A stretch of DNA of 64,000 bases from the human T2T-CHM13v2.0 reference genome, Homo sapiens: NCBI RefSeq assembly GCF_009914755.1, contig NC_060927.1, one strand, 5' to 3'. Position numbers and translations under genes: made by a program. The notes beneath the pieces are model-generated. The model saw only the letters and a program-made list of their open reading frames with translations, was not told where the DNA came from and did no database searches. Below are positions 12,451 through 24,365 of the stretch, piece by piece. The stretch's first letter is position 1; every line of letters starts with the position of its first letter.

Positions 12451-12741
12451 TTTTTTTTTTTTGAGATGGAGTCTTGCTCTGTCTCCCAGGTTGCAGTGCA
12501 GAGGCACGATCTCTGCTCACTGCACCCTCTACCTCCCAGGTTAAAGCTATTCTCTGCCTCAGCCTCCCAAGTAGCTGGGACTATAGGCACCCACCACCAC
12601 ACCCGGCTAATTTTTGTATTTTTAGTAGAGATGAGGTTTCACTATGTTGGCCAGGCTGGTCTTGAACTCCTGACCTCGTGATCCACATGCCTCGGACTCC
12701 CAAAGTGCTGGGATTACAGGTGTGAGCCAGTGCACTAGGCC
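12451..12741 (-). mobile_element. AluS (Sg-like)
   Basis: Full antisense Alu; perfect 17-bp TSD ttgggaaactcctttct at 12434-12450 and 12742-12758. Confidence 0.95.
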
Positions 12742-13671
12742 TTGGGAAACTCCTTTCTAGGCAGACAATATCAGCAATTAAGCTTATTATCTATTCTGAA
12801 AGTATTAATTTAAAAAATATAAGTTCACCATATAGGAAATATTATATTAAATGTAAATGTTGAAAGCTATCATAACAGAAACACTAAATGCAAAAAACTG
12901 CCTTTGGTATTTTGAAAGATAAAAAGAATAACATGCTTTCCAAGAGATTGTATTATTTTATAAATGTCACAAAATATATGTAAACAAAAAAAATCATGCA
13001 TGTGGGAAAATACCAATAGGTTAACAAAGGAAGAAGAAAACTTGAAAATATTGAAAGGCATATTTTAAGATGACATGAATTTAAATATTTATTATGATTA
13101 TAAACATAAAGTGATAAAATTCAATAGTAAAATATTAAAAGTTAGATTGAGCTAAAAAGTCTTTTTTCTGTCTGTGTGGGCTCTTGTAGGCCTAAATTAA
13201 AATTCCTATCTACATCAGAGTTTTAAATATCTTTAAGAACTAAGTTTTCCTGTACCCACCATGTACGCAGTACTTGTCCTGGGTGTCTCCAATTCTAAAC
13301 TCTAGGCTCACATTTTGCCAAGGTGAAAGAAGGGCCCACAATTATCTCTTGGCCAAAATTACCATATATATTCATTGTAATTCCAATTTTACCTGCAAGA
13401 ATATAAATTTGAGGTATGGATATTTCATAATGCATAAGTAAAATTGCTAAATTCTATTTGGGACATTTAAAAAAGCATATCAGCAATTAAAACTGTATAA
13501 ATGGAATCAATTTATCTACATTCAAAGTGTGTATGTTCCCTTCCAATAGACAATCAAGCAAACAGACATCTGATTAATTATTCCTGGTGGATGTTAAGGT
13601 AATTATTTATTATTTTCAAAACTCAAATAAAGAAAAAAGCAAGAATTTTCATTGCCTTCTTTAACAAAATA

Positions 13672-14140
13672 TGTGAAAGTAGGGCAGGCATTTAGCGAGG
13701 AAACAGGACATGATTACTTGCAGGTGGCTCAAAGCAATACAAATAGGACCAAACACATTATCACAAAGACATGTCCCCTACTAGCAAAGAACTGTTGCAA
13801 CAGGTTATAACAATGAAGACAGATTACAGATATCTTGTTTAGGCACAAATAAGAATATCCTAACAAAGAAAAAACTGCTAGTAGATAAATCCACAAGTGG
13901 TTAAATCCAAGATGGCTGAAAACTTGACTAGCTGCTGACCCTTGACTGCATTATGCTCCCATTACCATAATATTTCCATGGGGAAACCTCCTACTCCCAT
14001 CATACACCTGGTGCCATAACAGTTTCAGATTAAACATATTTAGTAAGAAAAAAAGGATGGCACTGATTCTGGGAATTGCCCAATCAATTCCCAGAAAAGC
14101 CCTCCCTTTATTATAGAAAATTATCTGCCTTCATTATGCT
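13672..14140 (+). mobile_element. ERV1-class LTR (MER4-group-like), 3'-truncated
   Basis: Starts tgtgaaag; contains aaatccaagatggctg, ttctgggaattgccc...ttcccagaa; ends abruptly without a U5/CA terminus. Confidence 0.5.
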
Positions 14141-14155
14141 AAAAGAAGGAATTAG

Positions 14156-14211
14156 TGTGTCCGGAATTGGTGGGTTCTTTGTCTCACTGACTTCAATAAA
14201 AAAAAAAAAAA
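14156..14211 (-). mobile_element. 41-bp LTR12 terminal fragment followed by A14
   Basis: tgtgtccggaattggtgggttctttgtctcactgacttcaa is the reverse complement of the LTR12 3' terminus, nearly identical to recalled consensus; then t(a)14. Confidence 0.85.
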
Positions 14212-15583
14212 GAGATACCATTTAACATTTGAAAGGTGGTTGCATGCAAACATTTAAAACTTGAGAGAACATGGTGCACCAGGGAGACTACTATTATGAC
14301 TATCAGGAGGACAATATCAAGAGTTTGAATTATGCTCCTTGGCCAGGGTCCCCATAAACCAAATCACCTAAAATTAAATAGATCAAGGAACGAGCTGGAT
14401 AAAGAGTCTGCTCGCTTTAACTAAGTAGACTGTTAATCCCCTACGAATGAATCTCTATCATACCTAATGTGATGTATTTTTCCATGGAAAACTAGTGCCA
14501 GTAGCTGCACAGATACTTCTCTGTTTAGCTAGTAAGTAATCTAGAGCAATTCTATTATTTAGAATAACTTTCACAAGACAATTTAAAGTCTGTTGTGCAC
14601 CCATAGCCTTTATAGTAAAATCTGCTACAGAGCCTATTACGAGGCTAAATTTTTAATCATTGTCTCCTTTACTCCAAACTATGAGAAAGAAAAGACCTAA
14701 AAAACGGTTCCCTTTTAGAAGAGTAAAGACCTCCTGGAAACGTTCTCTTTAACCCATGTCTCTTTAACAGACAAATGTCTATTTCTTACTGATTATGAGA
14801 CAGTGTGCGTACCAACAAAATATCTCACCTCCATTAGGCCTTCATCTTCCATCTATTAAGTCATAGAGTTATCCATGTATAAGGCTGGCTGTAAGAATCT
14901 TTACAAATAAAAGTATACCTTATAAGTCTGCACAACAGAGCTCCTTTCATTCCTATTGTTCATAGAGGCATAAGCAAGGGTAAAAACGGAAAGATAAGAG
15001 TATTATGATAGTGGAGAAATCTTGATCTTTATCTTGAGAAAAAGCTGTTCACATTAAGGATGCCTTGTTCTGTGGAAAAACTTTCCTGGTTAGCTTTACC
15101 TTAAGGTTTCCAATGGGTGTACTGTTCCAAGAGTGTGGAGAGACACTTCTGAGTTGTTAGATTATGAACCCAAGGTTCAAGGTCCTGAAGTTTTTCTGCA
15201 GTATGGATGGCAAGGGTAGTCTTTCTCTGATGTTCTCAGAAGATTCAATCTTCAGGTTCTCAGTTGTGAAGAGGGTTGATTGTCTTCAGTCAGTAAAACT
15301 TGAAAAGCTTTCTTTACCTGGTGAAAATACACTGTGTTATAATGAGCTACTGTTAAAACATCAGCCCTCTTGCATGAAAAAGCTTTTATACAACCAGAAG
15401 ATATGCACTGAAAATGACTGAATGAAATCCTTCTATAAATATTTAAATGGTCCATCAGGTAGTGGAATGTACCTGAAGTTTTAATTATCTTCTCGGGAAT
15501 ATGGGTTTGACAAACCAAACATTGGTCATAAAGTACTTTAGCAATTTAGAAGTCACCATTCATATATATATATAAAGCTTTTC

Positions 15584-15586
<3 letters not shown>

Positions 15587-15625
<39 letters not shown>
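15587..15625 (+). repeat. (TG)19 microsatellite
   Basis: Uninterrupted tg run. Confidence 0.97.
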
Positions 15626-15628
<3 letters not shown>

Positions 15629-15998
15629 GCTCAAAGCTTTTAATAACAAAAGCTTTAAGGACTCAGAAAAGACAAGGCAGTCATCCTGGTTCTCATGAGT
15701 TCATGCTTAACATTGGACTTATGTCCTCTTGAATACCAGTTGTTTCTCCAATTAAGGTATGTAACACTGATGACTGATAGGTTATCATAGGTAATTTGAC
15801 TTAGACCACGGAGTTCATTCAAATTGTATATCTAAACAATTTCATTATTGGTTGATTTACCATGAAAATCTGGGAAAGTATTTTCTTGTTATTCAATTAA
15901 TTTTTTTTTTTCTGCTTGGGTTAGCAGTTTTATCAACCAGTCAGACTTTTCATTACAGTTTCAGGAATTCTTACCCAGTCCAAATGATATGATGCTAA

Positions 15999-16379
<381 letters not shown>

Positions 16380-17673
16380 TATTTTAGGATTTAACATGCT
16401 TATGAAGGTTTCAGAAACATCAGAATTAAGCAATTAACTGTGGGATTGACTTTCAATAGTCAAAGACACAATTGACAAGAAAATTTGGTTATTTTTGTGG
16501 TCTACAATAACTTAATCACGTAATTATGATTGATAGCCTATACTCAGACATATTAGCATTTTAAAAATCTCATAGAATTTTGGATCATATTTTAATAACA
16601 TTCATTAAAATATAACCTGAAGATTAAACATTATTTATTATTTGACAATGCTTCCCATTTAACTTAACATATCAAATCATCCTGTTTACCTCTCTTTTGG
16701 ATGATTCAGGGGCCCTCTGCAGCATCCCAAATGTAGAGGTCAAAAATAATTAGTTTTGAAGCTGAAATTTGATTTTGAAAAGACTGTGTCAATTATGTCA
16801 AAGGTTTAAAACACTTGAACAAAAAAGGATCACAGATCACTGTAAAACAACAGTCATTCATTTAACAAGAGTGATAATGAAAAGATTTTTAAAAACAAAA
16901 ACCTATAATGGACATAGAGTTTTCCAAATAATCAAAAGCCATAAGACAGCATGATGATACAGAATCTCTCTCTTCTTCTTTCCTCTCTTTTGCAGTTTGC
17001 TCAAAAGATGAATAAAAATATTTTGATGTGTCTTATTAATATTACATAAAATTTTTGTGCAAAATAGAAAACTGAATTTTGCTTTGTATTAGTGTATTAT
17101 GAATATTAAAACTAATGTTAATAAAACCTCATAACTTTATTCAATTTGTCATTTTTAACCACACTAAAATTCTATAAACCTTTCACTTTACATTTTTCCT
17201 CAACTTCCTATATTCATCTTATTTTATCTGTTTTTTACTCCAGTGTGAAATCTTTAAGTAAATTTAAACCAGAAAAACACATTTTATGCCTTCATTACTT
17301 TCCTAATCAAATATATATTTTGCTTTTGTTTGTATACTCTGTATACAGAATTGTTTTTCTTATATCTAATAGTTTTAAACTCTTAGTAACTCTAATTTCT
17401 ATTGAGAACACTAGAAAGTAATTTTTAACTGTTTTATATTTATGTTTGTAGATGAAAACAATTTTATAATTCTTTTAGAAAAATAATTCTTCAAATTATT
17501 GTTTATTAGCAGATCTAAATATATTTAGCTTTTCTTTTCCATATGAATATAAATTTCAAGGAATATAGAGCTAAACTAATATTTAATAATTAATATTTCA
17601 GTATCTTAACTTACAGATGACTCAGATTTAAGTGATTATCTATTACTTAATTTAATATAACATGACCGTAAGA

Positions 17674-17987
17674 TTTTATTTATTTATTTATTTTTATTTT
17701 TATTTTTTGAGATGGAGTCTTGCTCTGTTGCCCAGGCTGGAGTGCAGTGGCACGATCTCGGCTCACTGAAACCTCCGCCTCCTGAGTTCAAGCACTTCTG
17801 CCTCAGCCTCCCAAGTAGCTAGGATTACAAGTGTGTGCCACCATGCCCAGCTAATTTTTGTATTTTTAGTAGAGATGGGATTTCACCATGTTGGCCGGCT
17901 GGTCTCAGACTCCTGTCCTCAGATAATCCGCCAACCTTGGCCTCCCAAAGTGCTGGGATTACAGGTGTGAGCCACTGCACCCAGACT
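17674..17987 (-). mobile_element. AluS (Sx-like)
   Basis: (TTTA)n-type tail, full antisense Alu; degenerate TSD atgac..taagat. Confidence 0.93.
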
Positions 17988-18410
17988 ATGACTTTAAGAT
18001 CTTAAATTACAGAAAACGATTTTGAAGCCTTGACACTGGTAGCTTCCTTAATGTTTCCTCCCAGTAATTCTAGGTCCCAGATAGCCACATGTCACCCAGG
18101 ATGACTTGAATGTAAAGGCCTAAGTCCATTAGGACAGAAGACAAAGCTGTGAAGACTACACATGGAGGATCTAAAACAGCCAGGAGACGAAACAGGGAAA
18201 GCAGAGGGAAAAAGGACCATTCTGGCTTGCAGGTGCTTGCACTAAGAACATGTCTCCAGACCTCATCATGGCCACCTATCCAGACCCCTGAATCCAGAGA
18301 CTCTAAACCAAAGACAAAAACTTATAGTCAAATAAAACAAGTATCAAATTATATTTGGCTGATAATTTAGAAACCATTTCTATTATACCAACATTTTAAA
18401 AACTAGCTTT

Positions 18411-19928
18411 AAAAAGAGCCAAAATAGCCAGTGCAATTCTAAGCAAAAAGAAAAAACTGGAGACATCATGCCACCCAACTTCAAACTATACTACAGGTAT
18501 ATAATAACTAAAACAGCATGGTACTGATTCAAAAACAGACACACAGACCAATGGAACAGATTAGAGAACCCAGAAATAAGACCACACATCTACTACAACT
18601 ATCTGATCTTTGACAAATCTAACAACAAGTAATGAGAAAAAGATTCCCTGTTCAATAAATAGTGCTGGGATAACTGGCTAGCCATATGCAAAAGATTGAA
18701 ACTGGACCCTTTCCTTACACTATATATAAAAATTAACTTAAGATGAATTAAAACTTAAATGTAAAACCTAAACCTATAAAAACCCTGGAAGACAACCTAA
18801 ACAATACCATTCAGGACACAGGCACAGGCATATACCTCATGACAAAGATGCCAAAAACTATTGCAAGGAAAGGAAAAATTGCCAAGTGGAATCTAATTAA
18901 ACTAAAGGGCTTCTGCACAGCAAAAGAAACTATCAACAGAGTAAATAGACAACCTACAGAATGGGAGAAAATATTTGAAACTATGCTTCTGACAAAGGTC
19001 TAATAACCAGAATTTATAAGGAACTTAAACAAATTTACAAGAAAAAAAATGTACAAAAGTAGGCAAAGGACATGAACAGACAGACACTTTTCAAAAGAAG
19101 ACATACATGCAGCCAAGGAGCATATGAAGAAAAGCTCAACATCACTAATCATTAGAGCAATGCAAACCCAAACCACTATGAGATACCTTATTATATCAGT
19201 CAGAATGACTATTATTAAAAAGTGAAAAAAATAACAGATTCTGGTGAGATTGTGGAGAATAAGGAACTTTTATACACTGTTGGTGGGAGTGTAAATGAGT
19301 TCAGCCATTGTGGGAGATAGTACGGTGATTCCTCAAAGACCTAAAGACAGAACTAGAGGTTGATCCAGCAATCCCATTACTGGGTACATACCCAAAGGAA
19401 TATAAATTGATCTATTATAAAGACACTTGCATAAATACGTTCAACACAACACTATTCACAATAGCACGACATGGAATCAACCTAAAAAATGCCCATCAAC
19501 AATAGACTGGATAAAGAAAATGTGGTATGTATACACTGTGGAATATTATGCAGCCATAAAAAAGAACAAGATCATATCCTTTGCAGGGATATGGATAGAG
19601 GTGGAGGCCATTATCCTTAGCAAACTAACTCAGGAACAGAAAACCAAATACTGCATGTTCTCACTTACAAATGGAAGCTAAATGATGAGAACACATGGAA
19701 ACATAGAGGGAAAAAATAAACAATGGGACCTTCAGATGGTAGACAGTGGGAGGATGGAGAGAATCAGGAAAAATACCTAATGGGTACTAGGCTTAATACC
19801 TATATAATGAGATAATCTGCACATGAAACCCCCATGACACAAGTTTACCTATGTAAGAAACCTGTGCTGTATCCCTGAACTTAAAAGTTAAAATAAAATA
19901 AAATATCCCTCAATAAAAAAAGAACAAT
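18411..19928 (+). mobile_element. 5'-truncated L1PA13-16-type element
   Basis: ORF2 3' half (ttcaaactatactacag; gaccaatggaacaga) and 3'UTR (gggtactaggcttaatacc...ccccatgacacaagtttacc); degenerate TSD aaaaactagcttta/aaaaactaatttta. Confidence 0.9.
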
Positions 19929-21454
19929 AAAAACTAATTTTATTTACCAAATATCACATACATAAGACACTATAGACATAAAATACACAGAAGCAGACCT
20001 TATGGTCTTATAAAATATTTTTATTTACTGGCTTTTAAATAGATTTTCTTTTCCCCATTTGGTCTATCACTCTTCGAATTACCAGTTTCATTGCCCTAAG
20101 CAATTGTTAACTAGGCAACAAATTTGCGTTTCTAAAGATACAACCCTTAGGTGGAACAAAACAAATTATTTTTTATAAGCACAGAGCTAAGATTCTAGGC
20201 CTAAATATTGTATCATCATTTTCTCAAACCAAGGAAATAAAACTTGCTGAAATAAAAGTTCACTTAAGGCAAGATGGCCAGAAGAGTTATGACTTCTTAT
20301 GTAAGTTAAAAAGAATGATAAAACTTTCTAATGTACATAGGCAGACATACATCTATAAAGGAAGTCTCAAATTTTTAAGGGTATTTATTTCACAAAAGAA
20401 TTTCCAATTACATTTCAGAATAAAAAAGGAATAGTTAATTAAATTACAGAAAAATTTATTTTAGTTTAATAGGGTGTTTTTAAGCTAAAATCACCTGAGT
20501 TCAGGTTACTGGGTGGAGCCCACTAAGGAATAGGACCAACAAAGCATTGTATGCCTGGACTCAGCATGGATAGATCCGAAAAAGGAGCACATTTATTTTA
20601 CATTTTATAAACACCTTATCTAGGATAGCCTTCTTTCTGCCTTTGGGGCAGGATAGTAACTAAGCCAAAAGTTTAGCAGGTTTAATTAGTCTCATCAATT
20701 ACTTGCTTAAGCTTTTCATTTGCCTTTTACAAAGTCTTTACATAAAAATATTGAAATCTTTTTAGAAGCTTCTGTATATAAATAGGCCTCCCTAGATGAG
20801 ATTAATTTGGGAGCCCTTATTTTCAAATGCACTTCAGTGCAGTGTTGGTCATTTGGAACATTGCTCTGTAACTTATCTTTAGTATGATTTCACCATTTTT
20901 GTAATACTTTGCTGCCTTTGGGGCCTAATATTTATACATATGCTGGATGGTATTTAGTCCTTCATAAATTAAGGATCCCATTTTTACCTCAAATATTGGC
21001 TTTGGCTCTGAGGTTTCATTGATCAAGTTAGCCAATGGTTTTATTCCCTACCCAAACACAAGAGAAAAATAAAGAGGTAGAACACAAAAATTTCTGCGAA
21101 TATCCAAAAGCCAAATTTTACAACCTCAGCAATATTGCCATTTACTATCAGGTTCTTTCTGACCCAGTCAGATATAAAGGGCCTCAAACTGGATTCAAGC
21201 CAGTTAATTATCAGATCCAATCTGACCCTGGACCCAGTTCAGTTTCTCCTGCAACTTCCAAACCCAGTTTGGATCAGAAATTTGTTCAAAGAAAGTCAGA
21301 AAGCTCAAAATGAAAATCCACGGAGCTTCGGAATCCGAGAGTGAATTTACCACAATCCTCTGCTGCTCCAAGAGAGAAATGGACACAATGGGCCTGATGG
21401 GTACCTCTCTTGGTCACTCAGCGCTTCTGGGGCTCATTAGAAGCTCTATTTCAG

Positions 21455-21472
21455 ATCCTATTTCTGATGCCA
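21455..21472 (-). promoter_or_regulatory. Retroviral primer-binding site, tRNA-Leu type
   Basis: Minus strand tggcatcagaaataggat, 2 nt from the LTR end, resembles TGGTGTCAGAAGTGGGAT (complement of the tRNA-Leu 3' end). Confidence 0.7.
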
Positions 21473-21474
21473 TC

Positions 21475-21804
21475 TGTTAAAAGAAAAGCTTTAGGCAATT
21501 TAAATTTAACAGAGTTTAATTCAGCAAAGAACAATTTGAGAATTGAGCAGCCTCCCATGATGTACAGAAAATGGAACTGAGGTACAGAAACAGCTGGATT
21601 GGTTACAGCTTGATGTCTACCTTATTTGAACATGGTTTGAACAGCTGGCTACCTTTGATTGGCCAAAACTTGGTAATTGGCACAAGAGCAGGCTACAGTC
21701 TGTATACAACTTTGTTTAGGTTATAGTTCATGATGTACAGAGAAACCTTTAGGCCAAACATCAAATATGTAAGAAATCAGCTTTAGGCTAAATTTGATCT
21801 AACA
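21475..21804 (-). mobile_element. MER57 LTR (5' LTR of the provirus)
   Basis: tgttaaaagaaaa...gaggtacagaaacagctggattggttacagc...ccttatttgaacatggtttgaacag...ctttaggctaaatttgatctaaca. Confidence 0.88.
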
Positions 21805-22559
21805 AGTTACATTAATTACTAGTTATAGATTAGTGCTACTAAGTTCTATTTTGACATTATAAATTTGGAAGTAATTTTTACCCTTAAACTAATAGCTAAC
21901 ATGCTAAAAAATTTAAGGTTAATTAATAATTACATATACATATGATTTAATGAATGTAAACACTTCACTAAAATTTAATAAACATTTGAAAAATAATCAA
22001 CATCACTATGATAGAGTATTAAAAATACTTCCCTCTGGTTACTGAATATGTAATGGGAATTGAAATCAGATATTTTATTATTAAATTCTGTCCTATCAAT
22101 TTTCCAATGTCTTTTATAATACTTATCACATTTAGGCTGTGCCAACCTAGCTCATTTGTGTGAAACTTGTAAAATATGGGCAAGAAATTGTCATTGGGAA
22201 AAGAGGGCAGACAAAAAACATCAAAAAAGTTGCAAATTATTTAAGTCTACTATTCATGAAAACATAGTCTGTTTTTCATTAAAAGACTAACACTACATTG
22301 CTGACTAGATTAGTCTTGTCTTAGAAAAATTAATGCCTGAAAACATGGAATCTCACGTTTTTATTATATTTAGTGAAATGTTATATATCCTATATGAACA
22401 AAAATAAAATCATAAGACTCTCTTAACTAAACACATTAAATATTTCCTTATAAACTTGAGGGAAAAATCTGATTTTCTTTTAGTAGCTTTTCATACTCCA
22501 AGACTATCTGCTTTTTTAGCCTCTTACCCTTCCATTTCTTTATAAGGCTCCTTATTTCA

Positions 22560-22955
22560 TGCTATTTCCTAACATTTGCAATTTTCAGAAAACCATCATG
22601 CCTTATTGTCTTTTTTACTTTTTCATATGATACTTCATTTTGCTCCTTCTGGTGTATCATCAGTCTATACATAGGAAGAAAATTTCTCCTTCACTGTAAT
22701 ATTTCACATCAAATGCCATCTCTTCCAGGAAGCCACCATGATGGCATCAGGAAGTTTAGAAGTTTCCTCAATGGCCTTGTCCATGCCTTGGCTGGAGAAC
22801 ACATTTCATCACTGCAATTGTGCATTTCCACACCTTTTATCCAGGTAAACTAGAGACTTCTCAAGTGAAGGACCCATGTTCAAATGTTATTTTTTTAATT
22901 TCTCCTTTCTGCCTTGTGTGGTGACTGACATTCTGTAATATTTTAAATAAATGAT
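22560..22955 (+). mobile_element. L2 3' remnant
   Basis: caaatgccatctcttccaggaagcc; ctagagacttctcaagtgaaggacc; aataaatga-like end. Confidence 0.45.
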
Positions 22956-23739
22956 GTAAAAACCAAAAGGAAGTAGAAGAGAAAGTGAATTTTTATGTGG
23001 CTGTCTAATTATTTACTTGGTTTTAAAAAAGTAGTAGAAATAGAATAGCTAATAAAAATGTTAAAATAGTTATATTGAAAGTAAAATGGGAGGATTTGAG
23101 AAACACAAAAGGAAAATTTTAGAATTTGTGAAAAAAATCTTTCACCATGATTAAATGAGATTCATCCCAGGATTCAAGGATGGCTTAACATATGCAAAAT
23201 ATATTTTAAATATAACATACGAAAATATAAATGTTTCAAGAAAAAGAAAATATATTATAAATAGATTTATAAGCATTGGTTCAATCTATATAATTGCTTG
23301 TATGAAGATACATTATTTACAGATTATATCAATTCTTAATGTCACTTGACCTGGTACTAAGGTTAACCTATAAAATTAACTTTTTGGAAACTTGCTGGAT
23401 ATAGCAGTGATCGATTGAGTTGAAATCAGGTATTGTTCTAGAGAAGTGAAAAATAAATACAAAACACAATGTTTGAGACATTAGTTTCCTTATTTGTTAG
23501 TGCATTATTACAACCTCCAGCCTCCTTTATAACTGTAAATTTCAGAACCCTACCTCAAAATATCTACCAAAAAATTAAAAACTTCTAGGAAAAGGTAAGA
23601 GAATACATATACTTGGATATGTTTTATGCTACTCTAGTCTTGGGTCCTATATCTAGAACCACAGCTCTACAGGGCAGTTTATGTCTCTTTCTAGAATCAC
23701 TTCTGTTATAGTAAGTGTTAATCTCAATATTTATGTAGA

Positions 23740-24316
23740 ATATACTTATTTCTTAGAATTTCAGTTCTATAATCACCCCTCCTCCAATAATCTTGTCCTC
23801 TATCCCACCTTAGCTACCTTATTGCATCACTATACCCTTGACTTTGTCTTAAACTTTAAATCCATATCTTTCCTAATCTCAATTTTAATTATCTCAACTC
23901 TGACAATAATTTTTCCAATTCTCTTCCTTTTGTACCCCAACTTTAACAATCTCTCCATCTCAGGAGAAAATTTCTTTTTATTCATACTACCGTCTCATAG
24001 CCCTTATCACTCAGTTCTCATTTCCTTACAGAACTTAAAAGTACTTAATCATTCTTCTCCTTCAAATGCTTTATTTTATGTGGCACTATATCTCTCTGGT
24101 TTTTCTTTTACTTCTCTGGTCAGTCTGACTCAACCTTCTGTCTTCCAAACTATAGACATTGGCATGACATGGTGCTCACCCCTTTCATCTTTTCTCTTTA
24201 AGATCCTTCAGTCTTTAAGTAAGTTCAAATTACATAAGTTTAATTACCAATTAAATCCTAAGGATTCTCAGATTTATTTTGTAAAGCCAGACAAGTTCTC
24301 TTGAACTGTAAACTCT
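23740..24316 (+). mobile_element. L2 ORF2 remnant (EN end and RT motifs); probable 3' tail at ~26310-26415
   Basis: Translation contains HYTLDFVL, YLSGFSF, IGMTWCSPLSSFLF and FNYQLNPKDSQIY, echoing L2 GHTLDLVI, YLSGRSF, GVPQGSVLGPLLF and FKYHLYADDSQIY. Confidence 0.7.
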
Positions 24317-24320
24317 TTTT

Positions 24321-24324
<4 letters not shown>

Positions 24325-24362
<38 letters not shown>
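24325..24362 (+). repeat. (TA)19 microsatellite at the L1 tail
   Basis: Uninterrupted ta run adjoining the antisense L1 3' end. Confidence 0.97.

Positions 24363-24363
<1 letters not shown>

Positions 24364-24365
<2 letters not shown>

Noticed and set aside
12375-12681. Alu-derived ORFs (also ~16.0, 30.5, 32.6, 39.8 and 59.0 kb)
   Set aside because: Standard Alu translation artefacts.
16508-16518. Additional TAACTTAATCA DUX4-type word
   Set aside because: Isolated in AT-rich ERV internal sequence, not in an LTR promoter context.
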